Positions 53,163 to 62,472 of a stretch of DNA of 64,000 nucleotides are shown one piece after another. The stretch is from positions 96,001-160,000 of the forward strand of contig QMRC01000002.1 of NCBI GenBank assembly GCA_003649205.1, in the 5' to 3' direction. The notes under the pieces are model-generated. The model searched no databases. It was not told the origin of the DNA and saw only the letters and a program-made list of their open reading frames with translations. Position numbers and translations under genes: made by a program. The stretch comes from Thermoprotei archaeon. GTDB taxonomy: Archaea; Thermoproteota; Thermoprotei; Thermoproteales; B15-G16. Every line of letters begins with the position of its first letter. Positions within the stretch are counted from its first letter, which is position 1.

Positions 53163-53720
53163 TTATTTCCTTTCTTCTAAGTCTCCTCTTTCTCTTCGTA
53201 GGATTGCTTTTAGTGTGTATGTTACGATCCAGAGCTTGGCTGCTTCTTCGCACCCGTCCTCCATGAGCCATCTCTTCGCTATCTCCATGATCTTATCTAG
53301 CTTGCTTAGGTCTATCTCCTTTGGATCTTTCTCCCTAATTTCTCTCACGACCTCTAGTATGAATTTAACTTCCTCTGGTTTTAGCGGGTTTAGTGCTGTT
53401 TTATGTGCTGTTGCTAAGCGTTCGATTTCTCTTAGGAGGTATTCTCTTTCCTCGGGTGTGAAGAGCTTTTTCATTGTCATGAAGTCTATTAGGTGTGTAT
53501 GGAGTGAGTGTATGAGTGAGGTCACTGTTCTGGCGCTACTTCTAATCTCTTGTCTTAGTTCCTTTAGTCTTTCATCTATTTTTCTGAATTTGTTGTCTAT
53601 TTCCTCGAACTTCATGTCTATTGACGCAAATTTTCTACCTAGCCAGTAGGCTAGGGATATCACCGAGATTACCACTGTGAGAAGCGTGCTGATAATTCCT
53701 GTAAGTACGTACATTTCCAT
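53163..53720 (-). CDS. Membrane-anchored coiled-coil protein
   Basis: TM segment, YWLGRKF and ID.KF repeats. Paralog at 48288-48897. Confidence 0.8.
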   Translation of the reverse strand: MEMYVLTGIISTLLTVVISVISLAYWLGRKFASIDMKFEEIDNKFRKIDERLKELRQEIRSSARTVTSLIHSLHTHLIDFMTMKKLFTPEEREYLLREIERLATAHKTALNPLKPEEVKFILEVVREIREKDPKEIDLSKLDKIMEIAKRWLMEDGCEEAAKLWIVTYTLKAILRRERGDLEERK

Positions 53721-54348
53721 GTTCTCTACTTGAGCTGTGTTTAATGATTCTCCTAAGTATGTTACTGTGCTTCTCTCTTAAATGTCAGTATTTTGGTCTA
53801 CGTTGTTTCTCTGTACCTGGTGTTGATTCGTAGTTTTCCCTAGTTTCATCTATGGTTTCGTTGTTCAGTTAGGCGTAACTTCTTCATCGTTCTGTTGTGG
53901 GCTGGATTCATCATCTTTTCGTTGGTCTCTGTTCTCTGGTGTCAGTACCCGGTATCGGCTTAATCATCGATGATCATCTTAGTCCTCCTTCATCATCGTT
54001 AACCTTTGTGTCTCTGTGGGGGTTTTATGGCGTTCTTCGTTTCTTGACTCTTTGTTGCTTCTTTGCTTTTCCTCTACAGGTAACTCATAGTGTTTCTTAC
54101 CTCTGTTCTGAGGTTTCGCTATGTTTCTTTCTCTTTTCTTGATGTTATTTTGCTTTTTGTTCTCTTTCTTCTGAGTTTTTGGTTTTGTGGCTGAGTGGTG
54201 TGCTTCTTTGTGGTTTTCCCTGAGGTGTTGTTGCTGTGATTGTTTTGAGTAAGGGTTTTGTAGTTGTTTTGTTGTTGGTTACTGTGGTGATGATGCTTCC
54301 CGGGGAGCGTCCGATTGGTGATGAGTACGGTGCCTACTGACTGCTCTT

Positions 54349-55065
54349 TTAACTTGTTGGGAGGAGGTACTTGAGTAGGTTTATTGCTATGTTTAGTATC
54401 TTCTTCTCTGCTCTTCTAAGATCTTTTGCTATTGCTGACTTAGATACCTTCAGCATTGATGCTAGTTCTGTTAGGTTTACCTTTCTTGGGTATTCGTAGT
54501 AGCCTTTGCTTATTGCTGTGAGTAGGACTTTGTTTTGTGTCTTTGTTAGTGCATATTCGTTGACTATGGATGTTAGGTCTAGTAGTAGGAATGGGTTCAT
54601 TAGCTTTGCTAGCATGACTATGTCCTCAGGTCTCACTCTTGTGCTTTTGCATATCTTAACGTCGTTGTACTCTTTGAGTGTTGATAGGATTTCTGCTTCT
54701 TGCTTGCTATTTACTGATAGGAGGAACCAATCCTCTAGTCCTTCCTGTGTGAAGAGTGGTCTCAGTATTGCTAGTGGTTTATCCCATATACACTTTATTG
54801 CGTGTGTTGGTTTGCATACTAGCTCTAGTGCGCTCGTGTCTTTGCTTCTCCATAGTACGCCTACCTTCTTGACATTTAGTTTCTTGAATGTATCGATTAT
54901 TTCGTGTATGTCCCTGTTCCTATGGAGTACAACCATCTGTACATAGAGTCTTTCTTCGTCGATTACTCTTGAGTCTATGACATAGACCCCTATGTTGTCG
55001 AACTTCTCAGAGATAGATATAACAGGGCAATCTGGCTGCCACATCTTTATCAATGTTAGCCTCAT
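54349..55065 (-). CDS. Bacterio-opsin-activator-type (HTH_10) transcriptional regulator
   Basis: LTKTQNKVLLTAISKGYYEYPRKVNLTELASMLKVSKS..LRRAEKK. Confidence 0.88.
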   Translation of the reverse strand: MRLTLIKMWQPDCPVISISEKFDNIGVYVIDSRVIDEERLYVQMVVLHRNRDIHEIIDTFKKLNVKKVGVLWRSKDTSALELVCKPTHAIKCIWDKPLAILRPLFTQEGLEDWFLLSVNSKQEAEILSTLKEYNDVKICKSTRVRPEDIVMLAKLMNPFLLLDLTSIVNEYALTKTQNKVLLTAISKGYYEYPRKVNLTELASMLKVSKSAIAKDLRRAEKKILNIAINLLKYLLPTS

Positions 55066-55183
55066 GCCACATCCCTAACTATTTACAGCAATAAATATAT
55101 TAATAAATAACAGTAACTCTAAGTTTCAACATAGTGAATATGTAAACCAAAACTCTTATCTATTCAGGTTAAAAAGGTAGTGT

Positions 55184-56686
55184 ATGAGGTTTTCCTCCAT
55201 GGCTTCTGCTGAGAAAGCCATTAAGTTAGGTAGGTTGAAGGTTGGTCTAAGGTTGAGAGAGATACCACCATTCATTGGTATCGCTGCTGCTTTCGGTCCA
55301 GGTATTGTCTGGGCTGCTATTGCTCAGGGTTCAGGTGAGTTCATTTGGTGGCCATACCTAGCAGCTAAGTACGGTACAGCACTAATGTGGATTCTACCAA
55401 TCGCAGCTTACATGCAGTTCTTCGTCAATCACCTCGTAATAAGGTACACTGCAGCTACTGGAGAGGGCATCTTCTATGGGTTTGCTAGAATTCACCCAGC
55501 ATTCGCCATAATAATGATGATAATGTGTATGATAACGTTTAGCTGGATGGCGGGTTACGCAGGTGCAGGTGCTACAGCACTAGCAGCGTTAACAAACTTC
55601 CCACCAGGTTGGCCTGTTAAGCTACAGGTAATCTTCTGGACGTACGTGACTGTTGTTCTCTTCGTAGCTGCATTGTGTCTAGGTGGTGTAGTGTATAATG
55701 TTGTTCAGTACTTCATGTACGTAACCTTCGCGATTGCAACCGTTGGTCTACTAACTGTAGCTATTGCTTGTCCAGTCGTCCATAAGTATGCTCCTGAGTT
55801 CCTATCATCACTACTACCATTCCCAAGACCAGAGTTCTGGGAGGTAATTGGTAAGCTAGAGCCAGGTGATGCATCTGTACTAGTGACCTGTATTGCCTTC
55901 GCCGGTATGGGTGGCTTCTTCAACTTAATGTACTCATACTGGTGGAGGGAGAAGGGCTTAGCAATGGCTAGGTATGTTGGTAGAGTCGTCGGTCTAGCTG
56001 GCAAACCAGAGCCAATTCCAGAGGCAGGTTTCGCGATTGATCCGGAGAAGCCAACACCTGAAGAAGCTAGGAGGAGATGGAAGGATTGGATGAAGTTTGC
56101 ACACCTAGATAATGCTCTACTAGGTGTTACCAGCAACTTCGTCACTATCATACTAACGACAACACTATCGTACTCAATACTGAGGATGGTGTACCACACC
56201 TATCCAAAGGGTTGGGAGCTCTGTGTAGTACAGGCTAAGTGGTTCGAGATAATGTGGGGTCCAGTAGGTGCAATGATTCTGTGGATCATTGCTTGGAGCT
56301 TCATGGGTAACTGCTACCTAGGTATCATAGATGCTGTACCGAGGATGTGTACTGATGCTGTCTACGCTGTATTTGAGAGAGCTAGGAAGTGGTCGTATAG
56401 GAGATGGTACTACTTCTGGCTATTCGTCTACGTAGTACCTCTGTCCCTTATTACGCCATGGCTAGCTAAGCCAGGTTGGTTAATCATACTCTGTGGTATA
56501 CTGAACTTCTTCGCTATGGTCATCTACATACCAGCACTGCTGTACCTCTACTACGTGATAATGAAGAGAGAGTACCCTGCAAAGTTCGCAGTACCGGGTA
56601 CAGGTTGGCTCATTGCAGGCATCATAGCGTTCATATTCTACCTCTACACAGCGATATGGTACCTGAAGATTAGGTTCGGTCTATAA
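55184..56686 (+). CDS. Nramp/APC-family membrane transporter
   Basis: GPGIVWAAIAQGSGE, RYTAATGE and about 11 TM segments. Confidence 0.8.
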   Translation: MRFSSMASAEKAIKLGRLKVGLRLREIPPFIGIAAAFGPGIVWAAIAQGSGEFIWWPYLAAKYGTALMWILPIAAYMQFFVNHLVIRYTAATGEGIFYGFARIHPAFAIIMMIMCMITFSWMAGYAGAGATALAALTNFPPGWPVKLQVIFWTYVTVVLFVAALCLGGVVYNVVQYFMYVTFAIATVGLLTVAIACPVVHKYAPEFLSSLLPFPRPEFWEVIGKLEPGDASVLVTCIAFAGMGGFFNLMYSYWWREKGLAMARYVGRVVGLAGKPEPIPEAGFAIDPEKPTPEEARRRWKDWMKFAHLDNALLGVTSNFVTIILTTTLSYSILRMVYHTYPKGWELCVVQAKWFEIMWGPVGAMILWIIAWSFMGNCYLGIIDAVPRMCTDAVYAVFERARKWSYRRWYYFWLFVYVVPLSLITPWLAKPGWLIILCGILNFFAMVIYIPALLYLYYVIMKREYPAKFAVPGTGWLIAGIIAFIFYLYTAIWYLKIRFGL

Positions 56687-56998
56687 CTCTCTTCCCAACT
56701 TTTTAATAGCTACTAGCCCTCTTCACTTCCTCTCCTAACAGCTCCAACACACCGTCTATGATTCTCAATCTGGATTTCCCTTCAATTTGAGGTCTGGAGA
56801 GGTTTAGGGTTGAATGATGCTGTAGTTTATTGAGTGTGTTAGGGAGGTAATACCTGTTATGGGTGTTGCTACTGGTAGTACGTACACTGCGAAAGTTTGG
56901 GAAATGGGTATTTCAATGTACCTAATCACTTGAGGGTAGGTGGTTGAGGAAGGTATGTGCTTTTTATAAACTGTGTTGAAGTGAATTGGTTACTAGTG

Positions 56999-58663
56999 TT
57001 ATAGCTGAAATACTGCTCCTTTATCTGCTGATGAGACTGCTCTCGAGTATCTGAGTAGGTATCCCTTACTGATCTTTGGTCTTGGTGGCTTCCACTCCTT
57101 TAGTCTCTTCTCGATTTCTTCAGGTGGTAGTAGTAGATCTAGCTTCTTGTTCTTAAGGTCAATCCTTATTCTATCTCCGTCGCGTACGATGGCTATTGGC
57201 CCACCTTCTGCTGCTTCAGGTGATACGTGTCCAATAGCTAGTCCTCTTGTTGCTCCTGAGAATCTACCGTCTGTTACTAGTGCTACGGATTCGGCTAATC
57301 CCATACCTGCTACTGCTGCTGTTGCTGCTAGCATCTCTCTCATGCCTGGTCCACCTTTGGGTCCTTCGTACCTTATCACAACCACATTACCTGGAACTAT
57401 CTTACCGTCTAGAATAGCCTTCACGGCATCTTCTTCGCAGTCGAAGACTTTCGCTGTTCCTTCGAAGTACCTTAGGTGCTCTGGTATTGCTCCTATCTTT
57501 ATCACTGCTCCTCTAGGTGCTAGTGTACCTTTGAGTATCATGATACCTCCTCTTGGACTCCACGGATTCTCTACACTCCTGATAACGTCTCTCCTCAGTA
57601 CCGTAACTCCTTCAAGTAGCTCTCTAACTGTCTTCATTGTTACTGTTAATCTATCCTTGTGTATGAGTCCTAGTTTATCGAGTTCCTTCATTACTGCTAG
57701 TACACCACCTGCTTCGTAGAGGTCTAGCACGAAGTATGGTCCTGCAGGACTCAACTTACATAGTGTCGGTACTTTTTCGCTTAGTTCGTCGAAGTCGTCT
57801 AGTGTTAGGTCTACTCCTGCTTCTCTAGCTATTGCTGGTAGGTGGAGTACTGTATTTGTTGATCCTCCTAGTGCTAGGTCAACAGCTATTGCATCTAGGA
57901 ATGCTTCTCTAGTCAGGATTTTGCTTGGTGTTATGCTCTTCTCGACTAGCTTGACTATGAGCATTCCTACGTACTTTGCTAGTCTTACTCTCTCTGCGTA
58001 GACTGCTGGTATGGTTCCGTTTCCTGGTGGTGCTACTCCAAGTGCTTCTGCTAGGCAGTTCATGGTGTTTGCTGTGAACATACCTGCACAAGATCCGCAG
58101 GTTGGGCATGCTCTCTCTTCTACCTCCTTCAGTTCCTCTAGTGTTATCTTACCTGTCTTGTACTCACCAATTGCTTCGTACGCATTCTTGAAGTCTATGA
58201 GCTTGCCCCTGTACTTACCTGGTAGCATTGGCCCTCCTGCTATGAGTATTGCTGGTATGTCTAGTCTTGCCATTGCCATTAGCATTCCTGGTATGATCTT
58301 GTCACATGAACCTACGAGGACTAGTCCGTCGAATCTATGTGCTTGTGCCATTATCTCTATGCTATCAGCAATTATCTCTCTGGAGGGTAGTGAGTACCTC
58401 ATTCCTTCATGACCCATAGCTATTCCATCACATACACCAATTACACCGAACTCGATGGGTGTTCCTCCTGCCATTCTAACTCCTGCTTTAACTGCTTCAG
58501 CTATCTGTCTTAGGTGTATGTGACCTGGAATTATCTCATTCCATGCACATGCAATGCCGATTAGTGGTCTGCGTATCTCTTCATCGATGTAGCCCATGGC
58601 CTTGAATAGTGATCTATGTGGGGTTCTCTCAATACCTTCCTTCACGATAGAGCTTCTCATCAT
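56999..58663 (-). CDS. ilvD: Dihydroxy-acid dehydratase
   Basis: [53 protein letters not shown]. Confidence 0.97.
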   Translation of the reverse strand: MMRSSIVKEGIERTPHRSLFKAMGYIDEEIRRPLIGIACAWNEIIPGHIHLRQIAEAVKAGVRMAGGTPIEFGVIGVCDGIAMGHEGMRYSLPSREIIADSIEIMAQAHRFDGLVLVGSCDKIIPGMLMAMARLDIPAILIAGGPMLPGKYRGKLIDFKNAYEAIGEYKTGKITLEELKEVEERACPTCGSCAGMFTANTMNCLAEALGVAPPGNGTIPAVYAERVRLAKYVGMLIVKLVEKSITPSKILTREAFLDAIAVDLALGGSTNTVLHLPAIAREAGVDLTLDDFDELSEKVPTLCKLSPAGPYFVLDLYEAGGVLAVMKELDKLGLIHKDRLTVTMKTVRELLEGVTVLRRDVIRSVENPWSPRGGIMILKGTLAPRGAVIKIGAIPEHLRYFEGTAKVFDCEEDAVKAILDGKIVPGNVVVIRYEGPKGGPGMREMLAATAAVAGMGLAESVALVTDGRFSGATRGLAIGHVSPEAAEGGPIAIVRDGDRIRIDLKNKKLDLLLPPEEIEKRLKEWKPPRPKISKGYLLRYSRAVSSADKGAVFQL

Positions 58664-58796
58664 GTGGGAGCACCTCCAAGTACTAGTAGCGTATGTGATG
58701 AATTATTATTTTACGTGGTTGACATGTTCTAATTCGTGATTGCGAACCTCGTAAAAATAGAGGGTTGGTACTGAAGGTATTGGGTTTACGAGTGAC

Positions 58797-59006
58797 TTAT
58801 AGGTACCCTAGTGCTCTTAGTCTCTCCTTAATCTTCTCCTCTTCTTCAGGTGTGTAGCTTGGTTTCTCTTCCTCTACTAAGACCTGTTCTAGGACGTACT
58901 TGATGAATTCCTCAACTGATGTGAATGTTCCTGTTTCCTCTATGAATTTCTTGGCTTTCTCGTACAGCTCTTTAGGTATCTTCACACTTACGTACTCATC
59001 GCTCAT
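58797..59006 (-). CDS. CopG/RHH protein with KERLRALGYL tail
   Basis: YVSVKIPKELYEK..YTPEEEEKIKERLRALGYL. Confidence 0.85.
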   Translation of the reverse strand: MSDEYVSVKIPKELYEKAKKFIEETGTFTSVEEFIKYVLEQVLVEEEKPSYTPEEEEKIKERLRALGYL

Positions 59007-59055
59007 GTTGATTACCGTACCTCTCAACTGCGTACCAGTACTTAAGTATTCTAAC

Positions 59056-60420
59056 TTATGGTGGTTGGAGTTCGAGTATTTGCTCTAGGATCTTCTCTAC
59101 ATCCTCTAACTTACCTACTTCCTGTGGTGGTTTCTCACTACACATAAATATCGCGTACTCTCCGTGATTACTGTCATCAGGTCCCTTAGCGGTCTCTAGG
59201 CTGTATACTGTGTTGAATCCTACCATCTCATTCGCTCCGTAGTGTAGGTTGTCGAAGTACAGTGTTATGTCTGGCATGTATGTTGTCTTTGGTCCTGTGT
59301 ATGCGTTCCACTTGTAGTGTACTACGTTATTTAGCTTCCTACCGTTGGGGTCTCTGACCTTACTTAGTGCGTCAGCTACCTGTCTACATATGTCCTCGTA
59401 CTCACTCCTCTTTACTACTCCCTTTGGCTCCCTACCTTCGAGATTGATCCATACCTGACCTACGTAAGCACCCCAAGACCATGCGATTGTTCTCTCCCAG
59501 TCGATTAGCTTCTTCTCGTCTAGTTGCTTCAAGGTCATGGGTTTACTTGGTTTCTCCTTGAGCTTTAGGAATCTCTCCTGAATCAGTACCTCGTTTACGT
59601 TGATTCTAGCGTACATTCTCTTAGCTCCGTGATCGCTCATGACTATGACTACGGTGTCTCTAGGTAGCTGTGTCACTAGGTTACTGAGTTCCTCATCTAT
59701 CTTCTTGTAGAGGTTGAGTAGACCGTACTTCAGCTCTGGATCCTCTACGTACCTTGGGTGTTCTCTATCGAAGTACTTCCATAGTGTGTGCTGTGCTCTA
59801 TCTACTGACATGAGTACACAGATAGCTAGGTCCCAGTCTTTAGTCCTTAGTAGGTACTTCAAGATCTTGAAGTCGTGCTCAATCTTCTCAATTAGCTTCC
59901 TATACAGCTTCCTAGGTTCTATTCTCCTGTAGTCGTACACATCTATTATGTACTGATCCTCACCACCAACTACGTTGAGTACTTCCTCCTTTAGCTCTCT
60001 AGGCCATGTGAAGTCACTCGAGGTATCTGGTGTGAAGAAGTCTGCTACTACGTATCCCCTGATTCTAGGTGGTGGGTATGTGCCTGGTACGAAGCATAGT
60101 ACGGTCTTTAGTCCTCGTTTACTAGCTCTATTCCATATGAAGTCTATGTGCTCAACAACTCTGTAGCTGTAAAGTCTATAGTCTGTGTAGGTTCCTGGTA
60201 CTCGGTATCTTAGGTCGTAGAGTCCGAAGTATCCAGGGTTTAAGCCGCTGAAGGCTGTTAACCAGGCTGGTATAGTTATTGGTGGTACGGTGGATTGTAC
60301 TCTCCTGTAGTATGTCTCGTATAGTTGTCTCATTGTGGGGAGTTCCTTAATCCAGGACTCAATCTGTAGCGGTTCAGCACTGTCTATACCGAGGATGAGA
60401 ACTCTAGTCAATGCCCACAC
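59056..60420 (-). CDS. Alkaline-phosphatase superfamily (nucleotide pyrophosphatase/phosphodiesterase-type) protein
   Basis: LILGIDSA, STVPPITIPAW, DRAQH, MSDHG, SNHG. Confidence 0.9.
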   Translation of the reverse strand: MWALTRVLILGIDSAEPLQIESWIKELPTMRQLYETYYRRVQSTVPPITIPAWLTAFSGLNPGYFGLYDLRYRVPGTYTDYRLYSYRVVEHIDFIWNRASKRGLKTVLCFVPGTYPPPRIRGYVVADFFTPDTSSDFTWPRELKEEVLNVVGGEDQYIIDVYDYRRIEPRKLYRKLIEKIEHDFKILKYLLRTKDWDLAICVLMSVDRAQHTLWKYFDREHPRYVEDPELKYGLLNLYKKIDEELSNLVTQLPRDTVVIVMSDHGAKRMYARINVNEVLIQERFLKLKEKPSKPMTLKQLDEKKLIDWERTIAWSWGAYVGQVWINLEGREPKGVVKRSEYEDICRQVADALSKVRDPNGRKLNNVVHYKWNAYTGPKTTYMPDITLYFDNLHYGANEMVGFNTVYSLETAKGPDDSNHGEYAIFMCSEKPPQEVGKLEDVEKILEQILELQPP

Positions 60421-60427
60421 CTCCGAG

Positions 60428-60652
60428 CTAGTGTTTTCTGTTGACCCCCCAGGTTACTCGAGCCCAAATTCTCTCATGGAGGTAGTACAGTACTGTCTTC
60501 ACGAAATTTATGAGTATTCCGGTACCGATGGAGAACTCAGCTTTACCTGTCAGGACGTACAGTATAGCTATGGTAACGCAGGTAGCTAAGCACCTCCACG
60601 TTGCAGCTTTCACGAGGCTTCTAGTTCTTGACTCTAGTGCTACCTTCATCAC
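60428..60652 (-). CDS. DUF2061 membrane protein
   Basis: RSLVKAATWR..LYYLHERIW. Confidence 0.88.
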   Translation of the reverse strand: MMKVALESRTRSLVKAATWRCLATCVTIAILYVLTGKAEFSIGTGILINFVKTVLYYLHERIWARVTWGVNRKH

Positions 60653-61248
60653 TTAGTCACCACGTCACTAATTGATGCTCCGAGACTGAGTAGACGTCTG
60701 TAAATGTCTATATGCTCTAGGTACTCAGTGACTGGTGGTGGTAGCATCTTCTTCCAAGACTCATCACCTGATAGTATCTTTCTCCTGAGTTCGCTAGCAG
60801 ATACCTCAATGCACCTATGTACGTTTCGATGACCTGGTACAACTACGTAACCGAGTAAGTTGAACGCTATGACCATCGGTGGCTTATTGCCGATGAAAGC
60901 TGTATCGCTTGGATTCATGTTGAGTAACTTCTCAACTGTCCTAGCCCAGGTAATGAGTGGGTGATTACTGAAGATAACCTTGTCCTCTGTTGGTAGTGGT
61001 GTATCCTTACCGAAGTCAGGTACAGCTCTAATAACTACCCTTGAGAGATCTACATCAGCCCACTCAAGTAACCTCCTCCAGCACTCAATCCTCTCGTTGA
61101 CGGTTAGTGGATCCTTAGGACCTAGAGGTGTCTCCCTAACACCAATGATTACTGTACTAGCTATCTCAAGACCTAGCTTAACGCTAGCTAAGTGACCTTG
61201 ATGAGGTGGTTGAAATCTACCTATGTACACTGCTCTCCTAAACAACAT
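60649..61248 (-). CDS. HxGH (cytidylyltransferase/NMNAT-like) nucleotidyltransferase
   Basis: YIGRFQPPHQGH, VSASELR, WKKMLP. Confidence 0.85.
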   Translation of the reverse strand: MLFRRAVYIGRFQPPHQGHLASVKLGLEIASTVIIGVRETPLGPKDPLTVNERIECWRRLLEWADVDLSRVVIRAVPDFGKDTPLPTEDKVIFSNHPLITWARTVEKLLNMNPSDTAFIGNKPPMVIAFNLLGYVVVPGHRNVHRCIEVSASELRRKILSGDESWKKMLPPPVTEYLEHIDIYRRLLSLGASISDVVTK

Positions 61249-61296
61249 ACCTAATCGCAGTGAGTAGCTTATCAACCTAATATATCAGTTAAACAA

Positions 61297-61324
61297 CACG
61301 TATACATACGTGACATATCACGTA
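61297..61324. promoter_or_regulatory. Overlapping inverted repeats in a divergent promoter (candidate RHH operator)
   Basis: CACGTAT-AC-ATACGTG (61297-61312) and TACGTGA-CATA-TCACGTA (61307-61324). Confidence 0.55.
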
Positions 61325-61378
61325 CAGACTAATGACATTTAGAGAGTAATTTAAGTAGGGTTCTTAGGTATGTGATTA

Positions 61379-61612
61379 GTGATGAGTGAGGTATCAGAGA
61401 GCAAGAGAAGTAGGAAGAGAGATTACGTCAACATCTCCATACCTAGACCACTCTACGAGAGATTAGCTAAAGCACTTGAGGGTACAGGATTTAGAAGTCC
61501 AACTGAGTACATAATCTTCCTTATTAGGAAGTACCTACCGTTGCTAGAGTCAAAGGATGTGAAAAAGAGATTAATTGCACTAGGTTACCTACCTGAGGAG
61601 GAGATGACGTAG
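61379..61612 (+). CDS. CopG/RHH protein with KRLIALGYL motif
   Basis: YVNISIPRPLYERL..GFRSPTEYI..KKRLIALGYL. Confidence 0.85.
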   Translation: MMSEVSESKRSRKRDYVNISIPRPLYERLAKALEGTGFRSPTEYIIFLIRKYLPLLESKDVKKRLIALGYLPEEEMT

Positions 61613-61684
61613 TAGGTACCTCAGGGTAGTGATTTGCATTAACCTACGTAATTTACATTAACCTTCCTTAATACCGTAGAGTTA

Positions 61685-62158
61685 GTGAGGATCATGGTCA
61701 GTAGAAGGCTTATCACCATAGTTACCGTTATCGCAGTGGTTATTGCTGTTCTAGCTATTGCGATCTATCTCAAGTACCAAGCAGTGAGCAGTAGTGTAGA
61801 TAGTCTCGTTGTTGATGTTCGTGTAATGGGTCTCTTACCAACGGAATTTAGAGGTGGTAAGGCAGTTAAGTACAATATTAAACTGCTGATCTTAATCTAC
61901 TGTAGAGTAGGTAGTTTTAGAGCAAGAGCTCTATCTATAAAGCTGTACTCAGATAGTACAGTACTTTATGAAGAGCAATTGAAAGACATTGTAGTCACCA
62001 GAAGTCCCATACCAATAATCTCGACACTGAATGTGGATGCTAAGTACATAGAAGCGTTTCTAGGTAGAAAGCCAAGAGTTGTAGCTAGTGTAGTAGCTGA
62101 AGTCACGGTACTTGGTGTGAAGATTGGCGAGATTAAGCGCGTAATCGAGCTTAGATAG
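61685..62158 (+). CDS. Membrane-anchored hypothetical protein (LEA-like beta fold possible)
   Basis: N-terminal TM segment and beta-rich body. Confidence 0.6.
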   Translation: MRIMVSRRLITIVTVIAVVIAVLAIAIYLKYQAVSSSVDSLVVDVRVMGLLPTEFRGGKAVKYNIKLLILIYCRVGSFRARALSIKLYSDSTVLYEEQLKDIVVTRSPIPIISTLNVDAKYIEAFLGRKPRVVASVVAEVTVLGVKIGEIKRVIELR

Positions 62159-62285
62159 GAACTTCAATGAGATAACTTAGGGAAACAAGCTCCCAACCAA
62201 CACACGTAGAATGTGGCACTTATCGCAGATTAGTAGTAGAGTGTAGTCACCGTAGTTAACCATTGAATAGCTAGGTATGAGGATT

Positions 62286-62304
62286 GAGGAAAGGCTAATA
62301 AATA
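62286..62304 (+). promoter_or_regulatory. BRE/TATA promoter of tRNA-Pro
   Basis: Purine-rich GAGGAAAG followed by TAATAAATA, about 24-32 nt upstream of the tRNA. Confidence 0.65.
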
Positions 62305-62327
62305 TGAAGAGATAAGGTGACACGACA

Positions 62328-62420
62328 GGGGCCGTCGTCTAGCCTGGACTAGGATGCCAGCCTGGGGAGAAACCCCGCCCAGAACGCTGGTGAGCCCGGG
62401 TTCAAATCCCGGCGGCCCCA
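62328..62420 (+). tRNA. tRNA-Pro(GGG) with a 17-nt intron at 37/38 (62368-62384); CCA not encoded
   Basis: Acceptor GGGGCCG/CGGCCCC+A, anticodon arm CCAGC-CTGGGG^C-GCTGG, T arm CCGGG-TTCAAAT-CCCGG. Intron CCAG pairs with CTGG (BHB-type). Confidence 0.95.
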
Positions 62421-62455
62421 GGGGAGTACCGGGGTCAAACCCGGACTCCCCGCCA
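62421..62455 (+). ncRNA. tRNA-like minihelix (acceptor stem, T-arm-like hairpin, G discriminator, CCA)
   Basis: GGGGAGT-A-CCGGG-GTCAAA-CCCGG-ACTCCCC-G-CCA forms 12 Watson-Crick pairs and starts at the base right after the tRNA-Pro discriminator. Confidence 0.7.
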
Positions 62456-62472
62456 ACTAATCCTCTCCTATC

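Noticed and set aside
57147-58412. Long plus-strand ORFs opposite ilvD (similar shadows at 886, 53155, 54506, 55705)
   Set aside because: Antisense to well-supported genes.
62421-62455. attL/attR duplication of the tRNA-Pro 3' end, or a simple terminator hairpin
   Set aside because: The sequence differs from the tRNA-Pro 3' half, no integrase is in the window, and it ends in GCCA rather than a U-tract. Kept as a minihelix finding instead.
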